Below, piece by piece: positions 1 to 11,689 of a stretch of DNA of 45,196 bases. How positions within the stretch are numbered: the first letter of the stretch is position 1; each line of letters opens with the position of its first letter. Source of the DNA: Octopus bimaculoides. Taxonomy: Eukaryota. The stretch covers positions 86,044,964 through 86,090,159 of the forward strand of contig NC_068989.1 of NCBI RefSeq assembly GCF_001194135.2, given 5' to 3'. The notes under the pieces were generated by a model. It made no database searches. It was given only the letters and a program-made list of their open reading frames with translations, and was not told where the DNA came from. The translations under genes were made by a program, and so were the position numbers.

Positions 1-17
1 TATATATATATATATAT

Positions 18-250
18 GTGGTGGTTGTCTACTCCTTATGCAGAGTTTGACCACCTTCTGTACGTACACCTTAGATCTATCATGGCATCTGATATGGCTT
101 TTTAAACCAGACAATGTTTCGAAAAGACACCCACATAGATTGCATATCTAATTTGGATCACCAAGAGTTGCAGTTAAGTTCCGATTCTCGTGGATCTTAA
201 AATGCCTTTTGAGGCCTCCGTTAGATTTTGAAGACCTTATGGCATACACA
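18..250 (-). mobile_element. Probable LINE (RTE-like) 3' end with two degenerate C2H2-like motifs, ending in (TA)n
   Basis: Minus-strand translation gives SNGGLKRHFKIH and CNLCGCLFETLSGLKSHIRCH with an in-frame stop between them, running into a TA tail. Clade assignment is inference. Confidence 0.45.
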
Positions 251-1074
251 GCATATATACACACATACACATAGAGGTGGGTGGGCAGAGGCAGGCATAC
301 AATTGCTTAACATGAGTGGAATGTTCTTTTCATATCCTAAAAAGGAAACAGAGAAATGAAAAGAACATTCCACTCATATTAACCAACTGTATACCTACTT
401 TTGTCCACTTCTGTGTGTGTGTGATTGTAAATAAATTTACCTGTGTATATTTACTAAACATGCATTTGGCCTCAATGTGTACATATATGTTCTGGTTAAA
501 CCCCAGGGCATAGCTTCACCTGAGTTTTGCTGGTTTATCCCACACAAACTTCCTAGTAATGTGTCCCCACAATTTACTAAGTTTACTCGGTTGTCTGCTC
601 TCACTAAACAAGCTTATGATGTTCAAAAGCATTCCAGATGTGACAATCCCATCTTTTATTTAGAAACAGTGTATCTAAAACTTTCCAATGTATCTCTTTT
701 TAAAGATAGTACAGGGAGATTTAACATCTATTTTTAGCAGGTTGACTAATTCCATAAAGACTTCCTTGTTGATTGTTACTTCAATTTTGATTAAGCAGAT
801 TTGTAATGATCTTGTCGCTTCTCAGGCACAATATATCTAGGACTACATTATTCAATGTGTCCTTCCTTTTTTTCAAAGGTGGTAGGATGCAAATGATTTC
901 AAGAAAACCTGGTGGCTGTTTCTAGGGTCACCCATGCTGACCTGTGGTTGTAGGTAGTTTTAGTTCAGAGAGGGAGGTTCTGGCATTCTGTTGGTTATGA
1001 CGAGAGTTCCAATTGATCCAAAAAACAGAACAGCCTGATAGTGAAATTAATGTACAAGTGGCTGAGCATTCCAC

Positions 1075-1272
1075 AGACATGCATATCCTTAACATGCTTC
1101 TCAGGGAGATTCAGTGTGACATGGAATATGACGAGGCTGGCCCTTTTGAATTACAGGTACAGCATGAAATAAAATGTCTTGCTCAAGGAGCACAACGTGC
1201 CGCCAGGAATTGAACTCACCAACTTACAATTGTGAGTCAAATACTCTAACCACTAAGCTACGCACCTTCACC
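1075..1272 (-). mobile_element. tRNA-derived SINE, family D
   Basis: Minus-strand head GCTTAGTGGTTAGAGT...GAGTTCAATTCC (A/B-box-like) then TCCTTGAGCAAGACA; related copies at ~9620-9843, ~29120-29372, ~32000-32226 (all -). Confidence 0.75.
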
Positions 1273-1719
1273 GAGAGGGAGGCAGATGCTGGTTAAACAG
1301 CCTCCTCCTCCTCCTTGATAAGCTTTGCCAAAAAGCTCCATCTGATCTGACCCCGATATTGAAGAGAAGGAACATAGACAAACAAACAAGCAAATAGGCA
1401 GGAAACCAAATAATCAAAAGCTACATTCTGCCCGTCCTTCCTGCTTTGGAAATATTTTGGCAATATATCAAACTGTACACTTAGCCATCTACTTTTTGGT
1501 TGGTATAGTAGGCCTGACATACCGAAGAATTACCAGCTTAATTATGAGTTACCATCATCATCATTATCCTTGCTGGTTGTGGAGTACCTCCTCAACACTA
1601 CCCACCAAACCCATTTTGTGCTGTATTTTCTTTTCGACCAGCAATCTGATTTTGTAATATGTGTTTTTGAATCACATATATATTCTAGTTCACAATATAA
1701 ACTACCACACCGATTTACA

Positions 1720-1955
1720 GCAATGGTTATCAACCATGTTTTTCTTATGGACTCCTTCGATCCCTATTTATACTAATCATTCAATGTTTAAAAAATCCTA
1801 ATGTATTTTTATGATTAAATATTATTAGGAATTGTATTCAAAAATTGTTAAAATATTTTGTGTATTGTACAAGTATAACCAATTTATTAGTTACAAATTT
1901 TAACAACAAAATCTTACATGGACCCCAGGTGAGAACCCCTGATCTATAGCACAGA
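1720..1955. mobile_element. hAT-like MITE (degenerate)
   Basis: Ends ~ATGGTTATCAACC and GGTGAGAACCCCTG resemble the TIRs of the intact copy at 21635-21995; related fragments at ~18370-18600, ~31620-31685, ~38800-38967. Confidence 0.55.
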
Positions 1956-3122
1956 TATTACTGGTGATCCCTGTGATACAAAACAAATATTGTATTCAAT
2001 CAGTACCGCAGCAATTACCAGCATTTCACATGCTAAAAAGTGCTAAAAATGTCCATTATACTTCAATTTACGGATGTTTTAAAAGATATTTATTAATGAC
2101 TTTTTGCTACAGATCATATTATATAAGCTTTAAGAGTTTCTTTGTCACAAAAACTACTTTATAGAGAGCAGCGTTCTAATGATGGAGATGACAGCGACTC
2201 ACACCCTTCTGATATCCGTGTTCTGTACATTCCCTAAAATTTGAATAGTTTAAACTATAGTAATGTGGGGCTCCATAAAAAAAACATCACCAGTGACTCC
2301 TATGATATGTAAAGGATATAGCTTGGGGAGTCATCAGTGACTCTCATGGTAGGTGAAGAATTAATCTTATAGCATGACATCGTTAATTACCTAAGTTTTC
2401 TATCAGTTTATCTATGAGGATCAATTTCTTTGGATCTAATCAAGCAATTTCCTTCTGTTTGCATCAATCTTTTTCCCTGCCACAGGCATCTCTGTCACCA
2501 CCCCACAGCAGGTTTTCTCCCATCCTTCAACCATATCAGTTCAGCTGCTCCTTCTCTCTCAGCCCTTCATTGACTTTCACACATAAACATTACACATTCA
2601 ACGGATCACACACACAACTAATTTCTCACCAGCATCCCCAATATATCTTGTGATGAGCTTGATATCAAGCCATTACCATTCTGTCTCAACAGTACACAAC
2701 CATCAGATCGCACTTGACTCACTTCTCTCCAGCTTCCACAGATCTTAGGGTCTTTCATTGTGTCTTGGGGAATAGGACACTTCAATTTTACATGCCTCGA
2801 GTCAGAAGCAAGTTCTCAGGAATAAGAACCAGGTTATCTCGGCAAAGTGCCTATGACAGACTGTCAGCTTATTCAGGGAGGAAGGGAAGGGTGCTTAATA
2901 CCACCAAAACCATAGCTACACACAGGCCCTTATGAAAAGGGAAGTTTCAAGAAAGGGGCAGGAGAGCTTCAGTGACATTTTCATTTACCCACTCTCCCAA
3001 AACAGATCTGCTGAACTTCTGGCACACAGCAACAGAAAGTGGGGGGAAGGGGACGAGGGAGTCAAAAGTAAAAAATTGTCTAGCGCTAGAGCAGAGTTTG
3101 TATAGCAGTAGTTCCTACTTAC

Positions 3123-3234
3123 CATTTCCAGAGCAAGTTTGTGGCCCTTTAGTGCCGCGTAGTGTACAGCGTTGTAACCATTGCGGTCCCGTAGACCAGG
3201 CTTGGCTTCATATTTCAATAGTAGTTCCACAACT
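3123..3234 (-). CDS. ANKRD28: Coding exon L (112 nt, 2-0): VVELLLKYEAKPGLRDRNGYNAVHYAALKGHKLALEM
   Basis: Acceptor CCTTCACACAG|A, donor ATG|GTAAGT; GYNAVHY motif. Confidence 0.95.
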
Positions 3235-3866
3235 CTGTGTGAAGGATTAAAAGATTATCATGGATTAGCTACAAATAGATTCAACTGCCAATAGTTTCAA
3301 TGCAAAATTACAGCAGATGTTTTCTAACAGAAAAACAGAAAGGGTTCATTAACACGAATAGCAGATGTTCTTCAGTGTAACCAATAAAAATGGTCGCTAC
3401 CAAAACAATAGACACAATGTTCAAATCCCATCAGAGGCGTTTTGTTGCTGTATTTCTGTCTCAAAGTCTAAGAACATTTACATTATTATATATACTTAAA
3501 TATGTATGTGGCTGTATGTCTAATATAGTTGCACATACATGTGTCATGTGTGTATGTAGTTGTGTGTCTATGGTCTTGTGTTTATGATTTTATGTGCATG
3601 TTTAAGTATGTAATTTTACATATGTTTGCACGTTTTTAAGGTTATTATGTCTTTATGAGCAATTATATATATATATATGCAGGGAGAATTCACGAAAGAA
3701 CAGACAAAGACAGGTGGTGTAAACAACAAATGGATGTATTAGTATAATGCTCAGGAATAGAGAAAGTCTTTAACGTTTCGAGCCTACGCTCATCAACAGA
3801 AAGGAACACAGAAAGAAACAAGGAGAGAAAAAAATATGGGTAGTGGTCAGCAATCTATCATGGCGG

Positions 3867-4715
3867 TGTGGTCTGATCAATAAGTATACAGACAGTTGCC
3901 ATAGTAATGAAGCTAAAGCACGCAGAGTGAAGCCGCTTGGCACAGATTGACCCTCAACTCTGCTGTGCATGCGCATTAAGTTTTAACGTTCTAGCTCACT
4001 TCTGCTGTTTACAGCAGTGCTTGGAAGGAAGATGTGTAGTGTGTGATCGTCACATTGACCATGACAGAAAGTTGAGCAGAGAATCTGCATCAAATTTTGC
4101 CAAAAGCTTGGCGATACCTGCTCAGAGGTGTACACGAAGTTTGCAAAAAGTTTTCAATTGTTCTTGACACAATCAAGGAGATCTTGTGCAACTGAAACCT
4201 GAGTGTCTTTTTGGTCAGCTGAAAGCAGTTCTGGCACAAATTTGGCAGACATGCATCTCATACCCAAATCTTCAGTGATAATGTAACTAATCAGCACATC
4301 CTCTGATAACTCACAGATGGTGATTCAACGATTTCTCCTCACATCTGTGACGTTTTTCTCAGTTCTGCTGGTTGTGGGTCAATATCAACATTTTTCAGCC
4401 ATCTTGGAAATGTCTGAATCCCTCGTATGTTTGTGTGCCGCTCATACTCTCCTCTCCATACACCTTCTGCAACTTTGCATAGGCCTCTGAGCAGGTATCG
4501 CCATGACAACTTTCTCTCTCATGGTCAATGCGACAATCACACGCTTTTCACTTTCCTTTCAAACACTGCTGTAAATAGCGGAAGTGAGCTAGAATGTTAA
4601 AACTTAAGGCATGTGAACAGCAGAGTTCAAGGTCAATCTCTGCTGAGTGGCTTCATTCTGTGTGCTTTAGCTTCGCTACGATGGTAACAGTCCAGATACT
4701 TATTGATCAGACCTC

Positions 4716-4716
<1 letters not shown>
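3867..4716. mobile_element. Mariner-derived foldback element with the 5' end present at both termini
   Basis: 3867-4150(+) matches the reverse complement of ~4470-4716 (both begin GGTCTGATCAATAAGTAT). Translations EQRICIKFCQKLGDTCSE (+) and GDTCSEAYAKLQKVYGEE...ITEDLGMRCMSAKFVPELL (-) are mariner transposase N-terminus with stops and frameshifts. Confidence 0.85.
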
Positions 4717-4755
<39 letters not shown>

Positions 4756-4756
<1 letters not shown>

Positions 4757-4947
4757 GGGTGGGCCAGATGTCACACAAAATAAGTTCAATATGCTACAGA
4801 ATTGTCAAAGACATGCTTCAATTTTTCTAAAATTGATTAAAATAAATAAGATAATGAGGAATACGCATGTACTTGTACATGTGGAACAAAATGAATAATA
4901 ATAAATAAAATGTCGAATGCTTTGGCATGTGATTTTGGCCCACCCTG
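4756..4947. mobile_element. Small Tc1/mariner-type MITE embedded in (TG)n
   Basis: Imperfect TIRs GGGTGGGCCAGATGTCAC / GTGATTTTGGCCCACCCTG, flanked on both sides by TG microsatellite. Confidence 0.55.
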
Positions 4948-4953
4948 TGTGTG

Positions 4954-4989
<36 letters not shown>

Positions 4990-5301
4990 AGATACATGCA
5001 TAAGTGAGTGAACAAATGAAAGAAAAATAGCACTCAACACATTGTAACAGTTACATACATTTTAATAACAGTCTGACTGAACTCCACATGACAAAGTTTC
5101 ATGAGTGTGTTGGACATGTCCATGGGTGTGTGGGACGTATCATTGGAAGCTAAGAGTAGACTGTTTCTAGCATCTGATGATAGGGACATGTCCTACACGC
5201 ACATGAAACTAAGTCATATGGAGTGGATCAAAACGTCATATATACGCGCGCACACACACACACAGATATATATAGAGAGAAAGAGTGTGAAGGAAACGTA
5301 C

Positions 5302-5442
5302 TTGGCATCAACATCAGCAGCAGAAGCAAAATGTAGGGCTGTGCAACCTTGCTTATCTTGGAGGTTGATATCAACGCCTGCATTAATAAGAGCCATCACA
5401 CACTGTTGGTGAACATGTGCTGCAGCATAATGGAGAGCCGTC
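5302..5442 (-). CDS. ANKRD28: Coding exon K (141 nt, 2-2): TALHYAAAHVHQQCVMALINAGVDINLQDKQGCTALHFASAADVDA(K)
   Basis: Acceptor TGTTGACAG|G, donor AA|GTACGT; lies within ORF 5214..5546(-). Confidence 0.95.
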
Positions 5443-6063
5443 CTGTCAACAGAAAACAAACGATTACATAAAACAGCAACATACATGTTAATATATATGC
5501 ATAAAAAGGTAGAATTAGATTTGTCCTTTAATTTGGAAGTTTCCAAAAAAAAAAAAAAGATTTCTAATATTGATTCTTCATATTTTGCTGGTAGTTTACA
5601 GGTGTAAATTTGCGAATATGAAAATAATACTTGTATATAGTGTGTTGTGAATTTATGGAAAGAGATCCCATAAAGATCAAAAATTTTGTTAAAAATGGAG
5701 GGAACGTCTCTAAAACCTCTTTCACTTATATTTTCAAATAACCGTTACAGCCTTTAGTTATAGTTTATACCTAACTGGATTTGCATCTCTTTTTCTCATA
5801 AGGATAAATATAAATCTCCTAGATCTTATTCTGCTATTTCCTTTCTCAAGTCCTTTGTAAAAATTTTGTTTATACTTCTTGCACTGAAGAGTACATTGAT
5901 ATATAATTAATTTAATTTAAATTAATTAATTCTATTCAACCATGAATTTGCATGATTTTTATATCACTGTACGAAAGTGTTAAATATTTTAACACCTCTT
6001 CTCCAGTGGAAACCCATGTCGGACGATGTTATTGTTCACAAAATGCAATGTGAATAAGTGTAC

Positions 6064-6106
<43 letters not shown>

Positions 6107-6120
6107 TTGTGCATTCTTAC

Positions 6121-6189
6121 CTGCCTTCATTGTCCAAAGTCATTTCATTGGCACCGTATGACAGCAACAACTCAACACAGTCAACATTA
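6121..6189 (-). CDS. ANKRD28: Coding exon J (69 nt, 2-2): NVDCVELLLSYGANEMTLDNEG(R)
   Basis: Acceptor TCTCCTTGCAG|T, donor AG|GTAAG; completes the ankyrin repeat begun in exon I. Confidence 0.93.
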
Positions 6190-6439
6190 CTGCAAGGAGA
6201 ATAGAACAATATGGCGGGGAGTAAGTGATTTGGTGAGGGTGGAATAGTAGAGGGGGTGGGGAAAGTGAGGGTGAAAGAGCAGGGAATTAGGTGCTGTGTA
6301 GAAGAGAGACCATTGTAGTTTTAGTCAAAGAGGTGGTGAGGGAAACAATGATAGAATCAGAGTGGGAGTCACAATTTAACCAATGACCATTAAATATTGG
6401 TGGTCAAAATCACACACACACACACCCATACTCACATGC

Positions 6440-7235
6440 ATTCACTTTGGTCACTCCCTGACCACACCTACACCCACTTGGTCACTTGTTGACCACATCC
6501 ATATCCACCCACACTGGTCACTTCTTGACCACACCCACTTTGGCCACTCACTGACCACACACATACTCCCCAATTTGGTCACTCACTGATCATACATACC
6601 CACCCCCACCCAGATTTGGTCACTCATTGACCACCTCCACCCACCACTCACTTTGGCTCTCCCTCACTGATCACGCCCATACCCTCCACTTTGGTCACTC
6701 AGTCACCACACCCATAACCATCCACTTCAGTCACTGATCCCCACCCTCCCATACTTTGGTCACTCACTGACCACACATGCCCACCTCCACCCAGATTTGG
6801 TCATTCATTGACCACCCCCAACGCTTTGGACACTCACTGACCCCACCACCCCTACCCACTTTGCCCCCTCTCACTGGCCACACCCATACCCCCCACTTTG
6901 GTCACTAACCACACCCATCCACTGTAGTCACTAACCACACATACCTACTTCAGTTACTTACTGACCAGGCACAAACACTCCAGCCACTGACCATTGATCC
7001 CCACCCTCCAATAGTTTGGTCACTCACTGACCACACATACCCACCTCCACCCAGATTTGGTCATTCATTGACCACCCCCAAAGCTTTGGCCACTCGCTGA
7101 CCACCCCCAGCCACTATGCCCCCTCTCACTGCCCATGCCCATACCTCCCCAGTTTGGTCACTAACCACACATACTTACGTCAGTCACTTACTGACCAGGC
7201 ACAAACACTCCAGCCACTAACCATTGGTCACTTAC
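6440..7235. repeat. Minisatellite of ~20 units with a palindromic core TGGTCA-N5-TGACCA and a higher-order ~230-260 bp duplication
   Basis: Recurrent tttggtcactcactgaccacac variants; ~6734-6990 is repeated at ~6996-7225; abuts the exon I donor. Confidence 0.9.
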
Positions 7236-7388
7236 CCGCTAACAGCAGCAGCATGTAGACAAGTCCGGCCGCAATCATCTGGCATATTGATATCGAAGTC
7301 AGCCATGTGATTAAACAATTTCTTCACACAGTCCACATAACCATTGAGGGCAGCTACATGTATAGGGACCATACCATTACAGCCAGGC
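7236..7388 (-). CDS. ANKRD28: Coding exon I (153 nt, 2-2): PGCNGMVPIHVAALNGYVDCVKKLFNHMADFDINMPDDCGRTCLHAAAVS(G)
   Basis: Acceptor CCACTCAG|G after a long TC tract, donor GG|GTAAGT; FDI..PDD.GRTCLHAAA motif. Not in the ORF track. Confidence 0.95.
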
Positions 7389-7429
7389 CTGAGTGGACGT
7401 CACCGATGGAAAGAAAAAGAAAGAGAGAG

Positions 7430-7760
7430 AGAAGAGATGAAGTTAGAGACAATAGTATCATCATCATCATCATCATCATTGTCAATGATGCTAGAATAAA
7501 CAGTTGATTGGTGGTGGTGGTGATGGCGGGGGTGGTGGGAGTACTAGCAGTGATATTAACGAGGATTCCCTAATGGCAATGATATTGGATAAAGGTCGTG
7601 ATAACAATGGGGGTCCTGATGGTAGCATTAGCAACGAAGGTGGTGGTAGTGGCAGTGATGGTGGTGGTAGTAGTAGTGATGTTGCTCGTGATAGTGATAG
7701 TTATGATGATGGCGGTGGTGATGGTGGTAGTCATGGTGATGAGGACAGAAATGGTGATGG

Positions 7761-7801
<41 letters not shown>

Positions 7802-7830
7802 GCAGCCAGGATAATGACGGTGGTGGTGTA
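7430..7830. repeat. Degenerate (GAT/GGT)n trinucleotide low-complexity region
   Basis: Long GAT run at ~7760-7800 plus GGT/CAT tracts; explains the poly-D/M/I ORFs. A similar region lies at ~33870-34170. Confidence 0.9.
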
Positions 7831-8038
7831 TATGTATGTAAACGTAATAGATGACGTGTGTAGCCCAGTTTTTTTAAAACGGGCTACCCTATCCCAGTGT
7901 GTCAAGGGTTGTTGTCAAGAAGGGGATCTGGCTGTAAAATACGGCCTTAAAAATTTCCATCCAATCCATGTTCCCATGCAAAGGAGGCTGTGGGAATGAT
8001 GACAATGATGATGGTTTGACATTCAATAAATATATGCT

Positions 8039-8039
<1 letters not shown>

Positions 8040-8117
<78 letters not shown>

Positions 8118-8770
8118 NNNNNNNNNNNNNNNNNNNNNNNNNNNNNNNNNNNNNNNNNNNNNNNNNNNNNNNNNNNNNNNNNNNNNNNNNNNNNNNNNNN
8201 NNNNNNNNNNNNNNNNNNNNNNNNNNNNNNNNNNNNNNNNNNNNNNNNNNNNNNNNNNNNNNNNNNNNNNNNNNNNNNNNNNNNNNNNNNNNNNNNNNNN
8301 NNNNNNNNNNNNNNNNNNNNNNNNNNNNNNNNNNNNNNNNNNNNNNNNNNNNNNNNNNNNNNNNNNNNNNNNNNNNNNNNNNNNNNNNNNNNNNNNNNNN
8401 NNNNNNNNNNNNNNNNNNNNNNNNNNNNNNNNNNNNNNNNNNNNNNNNNNNNNNNNNNNNNNNNNNNGTGTGTGTGTATATGTGTATGCATGTATGTATG
8501 TGTGTGTGTGCATGCACGCATGTGTGTGTGTGTATGCATGCATGTGTGTGTATATGTATGCATGCATGTTTGCATATATGTATGCATGCATATGTGTGTG
8601 TGTATGTATGCATGCATGTGTGTGTGTATGTATGTGTGTGTGTATATGTATGCATGTATGTGTGTATATGTATGCATGTATATGTATTCATGTATATGTA
8701 TGCATGTGTGTGTATATACATGTGTGTATATGTGTGTATACACTTGTATGCATGCATGAATGTGTGTGTG
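8040..8770. repeat. (GA)n and (TG/TATG)n microsatellites around assembly gap 8118-8467
   Basis: Seen directly. Other N-gaps: 12538-12547, 13905-14004, 15371-15816, 20510-20599, 31312-31321. Confidence 0.97.
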
Positions 8771-9052
8771 TCTATTTTTATATCCGTATTTATTCCCAAT
8801 CACCGAATGACAACCAGTGTTGGTAAGTTTATGTCCCTGTAACTTAATGGTTCAGGAAGAGAGACCAGGCTTTTGGAAAAAAAAGAAAGAAAGAAAGACT
8901 ACTGGGATTGATTCATTTGACTAAAATTCTTCAAGGCAGTACTCCAGCATGGCCGCAGCCTAATGACTAAATCAAATAAAAAGACACACACACACACACA
9001 CATGTGCATGTGTGCCCGTTATATTATATAAATTAGTATATGTATTACTTAC

Positions 9053-9167
9053 ATGTAAGAATTAGCTCCATTTTCCAGTAATGTATTAATCATCAGCTCA
9101 TGACCATATCGTGCAGCAATGTGCAGTGGAGTGTTACCGTATTTATCACACGCATCTATCTCGCAAC
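9053..9167 (-). CDS. ANKRD28: Coding exon H (115 nt, 1-2): (G)[37 protein letters not shown](M)
   Basis: Acceptor TATACAG|GT, donor AT|GTAAGT; phases match both neighbours. Confidence 0.96.
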
Positions 9168-10049
9168 CTGTATAAATAGAAAGCAGAAAATATAGGCTCA
9201 AATTACATTCAAATGTCACCTGCTGCCACCTCTTGCTCTTGTCTGTCTGTGTGTAGTTACACGTGTGTATGAGTGTGTGTATTTGTGCGTGTGTGTGTGT
9301 GTACATCTATAATGCATGCATATTCTAATACACTTAATATATATTATATGCCATATTTTCTGGCATACAAATTGTATTTTCCAGGTCAAGGTTTACAGCC
9401 AAAAAAAAGTAGGTCGACTTTTACACCAAGGTAACCAAAAATTTCCATGGGAATCATAGCAGGATTTGGAAGGATAGTATGTAGTGTAAACATTTCAACA
9501 TCATCCCCATGACAACCTGCATGCTGGAAAAACTGTCACCCACAAGCGATGATCTAGTAACCTGTATCATGCTTTCAGTAATGGTTTTTAGGTGCTTATG
9601 TACTCTTGAGCTGACAGAGACACCTCAACTTTCTCATCCTTGACCTACTGAAACGTGGAGGATACGACAGCTGGAAGGAGAGATCATGGCCCCAGCGCTT
9701 GGCAGTTCCTCTTCTTAGATGAATAGACTAGAGCAATGTGAAATCAAGTACCTTGTTTAAGGATTCAACATACTGCTCAGTCCAGGAATTGAACCCACAA
9801 CTTCAAGAGTGTGAGCCTAATGCCCTAACCACTAAGCCATATATCTAAACACATAATTAGTATATAAATGATATACATGTATGTATACTCATGTAAATAT
9901 GTACATAAACATGTACCTAGATAGGTGTGTATTGTGTATAAGTGGGTGTGCAGATGTGTGTGTGTGTATGTGACAAATACATATTTGATCCTCTGAAGAG
10001 ATGAAAGTGGTAAAAACAAAGAAATAAAAGTGCCAAATTTCAATTTGGT

Positions 10050-10440
10050 TTCCATACCTATCCTCACCTATGGCCACGAATATTGGATAATGGCCGAAAG
10101 TGTATGACTGCCGATACAAGTGGCTGAAATGGGGTTCCTCCAAAAGATCTCCGAAGCAACATTACTTGACATGTATGGCTCAGAGAACAAGGAGTCTCTT
10201 CTCAGGCCGAGTTTCTACTTGGTCAGAATATAGCAAGAAAGAACCGCAAGACAAATTCTTTGATCCAAGCCAACTGGCAGGGAACCAGGGAGTAGACCGA
10301 GAATGAGGTGGTTGGACAATGTCCCATAGTCTCAGTTGGTCACATTTGGGAATTCAACCAGAATGGTCATGACAGCCATTTCTGATTAGACCTTATGGAG
10401 GAGGTGCCTGGGGAGTCTACACTTATGACCCTGCCAGAAA
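10050..10440 (+). mobile_element. RTE-clade LINE ORF 3' fragment (degenerate)
   Basis: Translation PILTYGHEYWIMAESV*LPIQVAEMGFLQKISEATLLD resembles the RTE post-RT motif LTYGHESW...IQAAEMGFLRRI; a later segment resembles GRPRTRWLD. Confidence 0.75.
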
Positions 10441-10771
10441 TAGTAGATTGATATTTGTGTACATAGATGCATGTTTGCACGTGTGTATATATATATATAT
10501 ACACATGCATATGTATGAAGTATGATATATAGCAGTAATGTATGTTAGTGTAAACATGCTAGTAAGTGTGTATATAAGCACAAATATATTACACACACAC
10601 AAAATTTAAACCAAAACAAACATTATGTTAATAATTAGCATGCTTCTAAATTTATGTGTGTATTTCAAAGTACGTTTATATATACATCTGCAGATGTATA
10701 TATGTGTATGTACATCTGTTTCCTTGTTGTACTTGAGATTTTCTGTGCTAGAATGAGTTGGATAAATACTT

Positions 10772-10807
<36 letters not shown>

Positions 10808-11341
10808 CACACACACACACACAATGGGCATCTTTCAGTTTCTGTCTACCAAATCCACATACAAGACTTTGATCAGCCTAGGGTTATAGTAGAAGACATT
10901 GCTCAAGGTGTCATGTAGTGGAACTGAACCTGAAACAATTACAGCTGGGAAGCAACCTTCTTAACCACACAGCCATACTTGCACCTACATGCATACATCT
11001 TAAATTATGTTTTACTTTACAATACTGACTGATCCCATTACTCTCAAAAATAAGAAGGTTAGAGGGTCTTTAGAAATAGTCAGTTATGTCTTTAACAAAA
11101 AAACAAGGGATACCCCATAATTCAGGAACCTCTGCATGGTCACTCATGTCCACAATAGGACATTTTTTGCTGAAGCAAACGAGGGAGCCTCTATGCAATC
11201 ACTCACCAACCACATACTATACCATCATGGGGTCCTGCCAATCACACACACACACACAATACCGTTGTAGGTTTCCTCAATCAAGAATCACTTGGGGGGT
11301 AAGACAAAAACAATGAACCAACCAAAAGAGGATCTGCTCAC

Positions 11342-11420
11342 CATACTCAATTAAGGTCTGTGCCCGAGTAAATCTGCCATGAAGGGCAGTCATATGAAGA
11401 GGGGTACGGCCATCTTGGCA
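11342..11420 (-). CDS. ANKRD28: Coding exon G (79 nt, 0-1): CQDGRTPLHMTALHGRFTRAQTLIEY(G)
   Basis: Acceptor CCATTTCAG|TGC, donor G|GTGAG; TPLHMTALHGRF motif. Confidence 0.96.
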
Positions 11421-11689
11421 CTGAAATGGAGAAAGGCAACAAGCGAAAAAAAAGAAAAAAGAAAAAAAGAAACCATTAATGTGTGAAGAAAAAGGCATGT
11501 GAAGGTCAGTGGCACAAGAGAGGGAGAGAGAGAAAGAAAAAGAGAGAAAACAGAAAATGGGCAAAAAAAAACAACATTATTATGAATATCAACAACAGTA
11601 ATATGAAAAATTTAATTATAAAGAGCAGGGATAAAATTATCTCAACATTGTAACTAGACAGGTGAATATAGTGGTGGTCACTGCGAAAG

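Noticed and set aside
2400-2900. Possible decayed LINE fragment
   Set aside because: No motif I could identify with confidence; needs a repeat-library search.
251-2980. Search for the next ankyrin exon after exon L
   Set aside because: No TPLH/SPLH-type frame with splice sites found; the next canonical exon probably lies beyond the window start.
6440-7230. GGTCA-n-TGACC as an estrogen response element array
   Set aside because: The spacer is 5 nt rather than the 3 nt of an ERE, and half-sites are TGGTCA not AGGTCA. Kept only as a hairpin/splice-site observation.
7504-7999. Gly/Asp-rich, poly-Met and poly-Ile ORFs (also 33970-34180)
   Set aside because: Products of degenerate (GAT/GGT)n repeats; no compatible splice phase with the gene.
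7889-8842. Long ORFs (214-304 aa) around the first gap, and similar ones at 13748-14163, 15212-15909, 20431-20799
   Set aside because: They run through N-gaps and dinucleotide repeats (HTHT, RERE, CVCV). Only the transposase portion at 15205-15370 is real homology.
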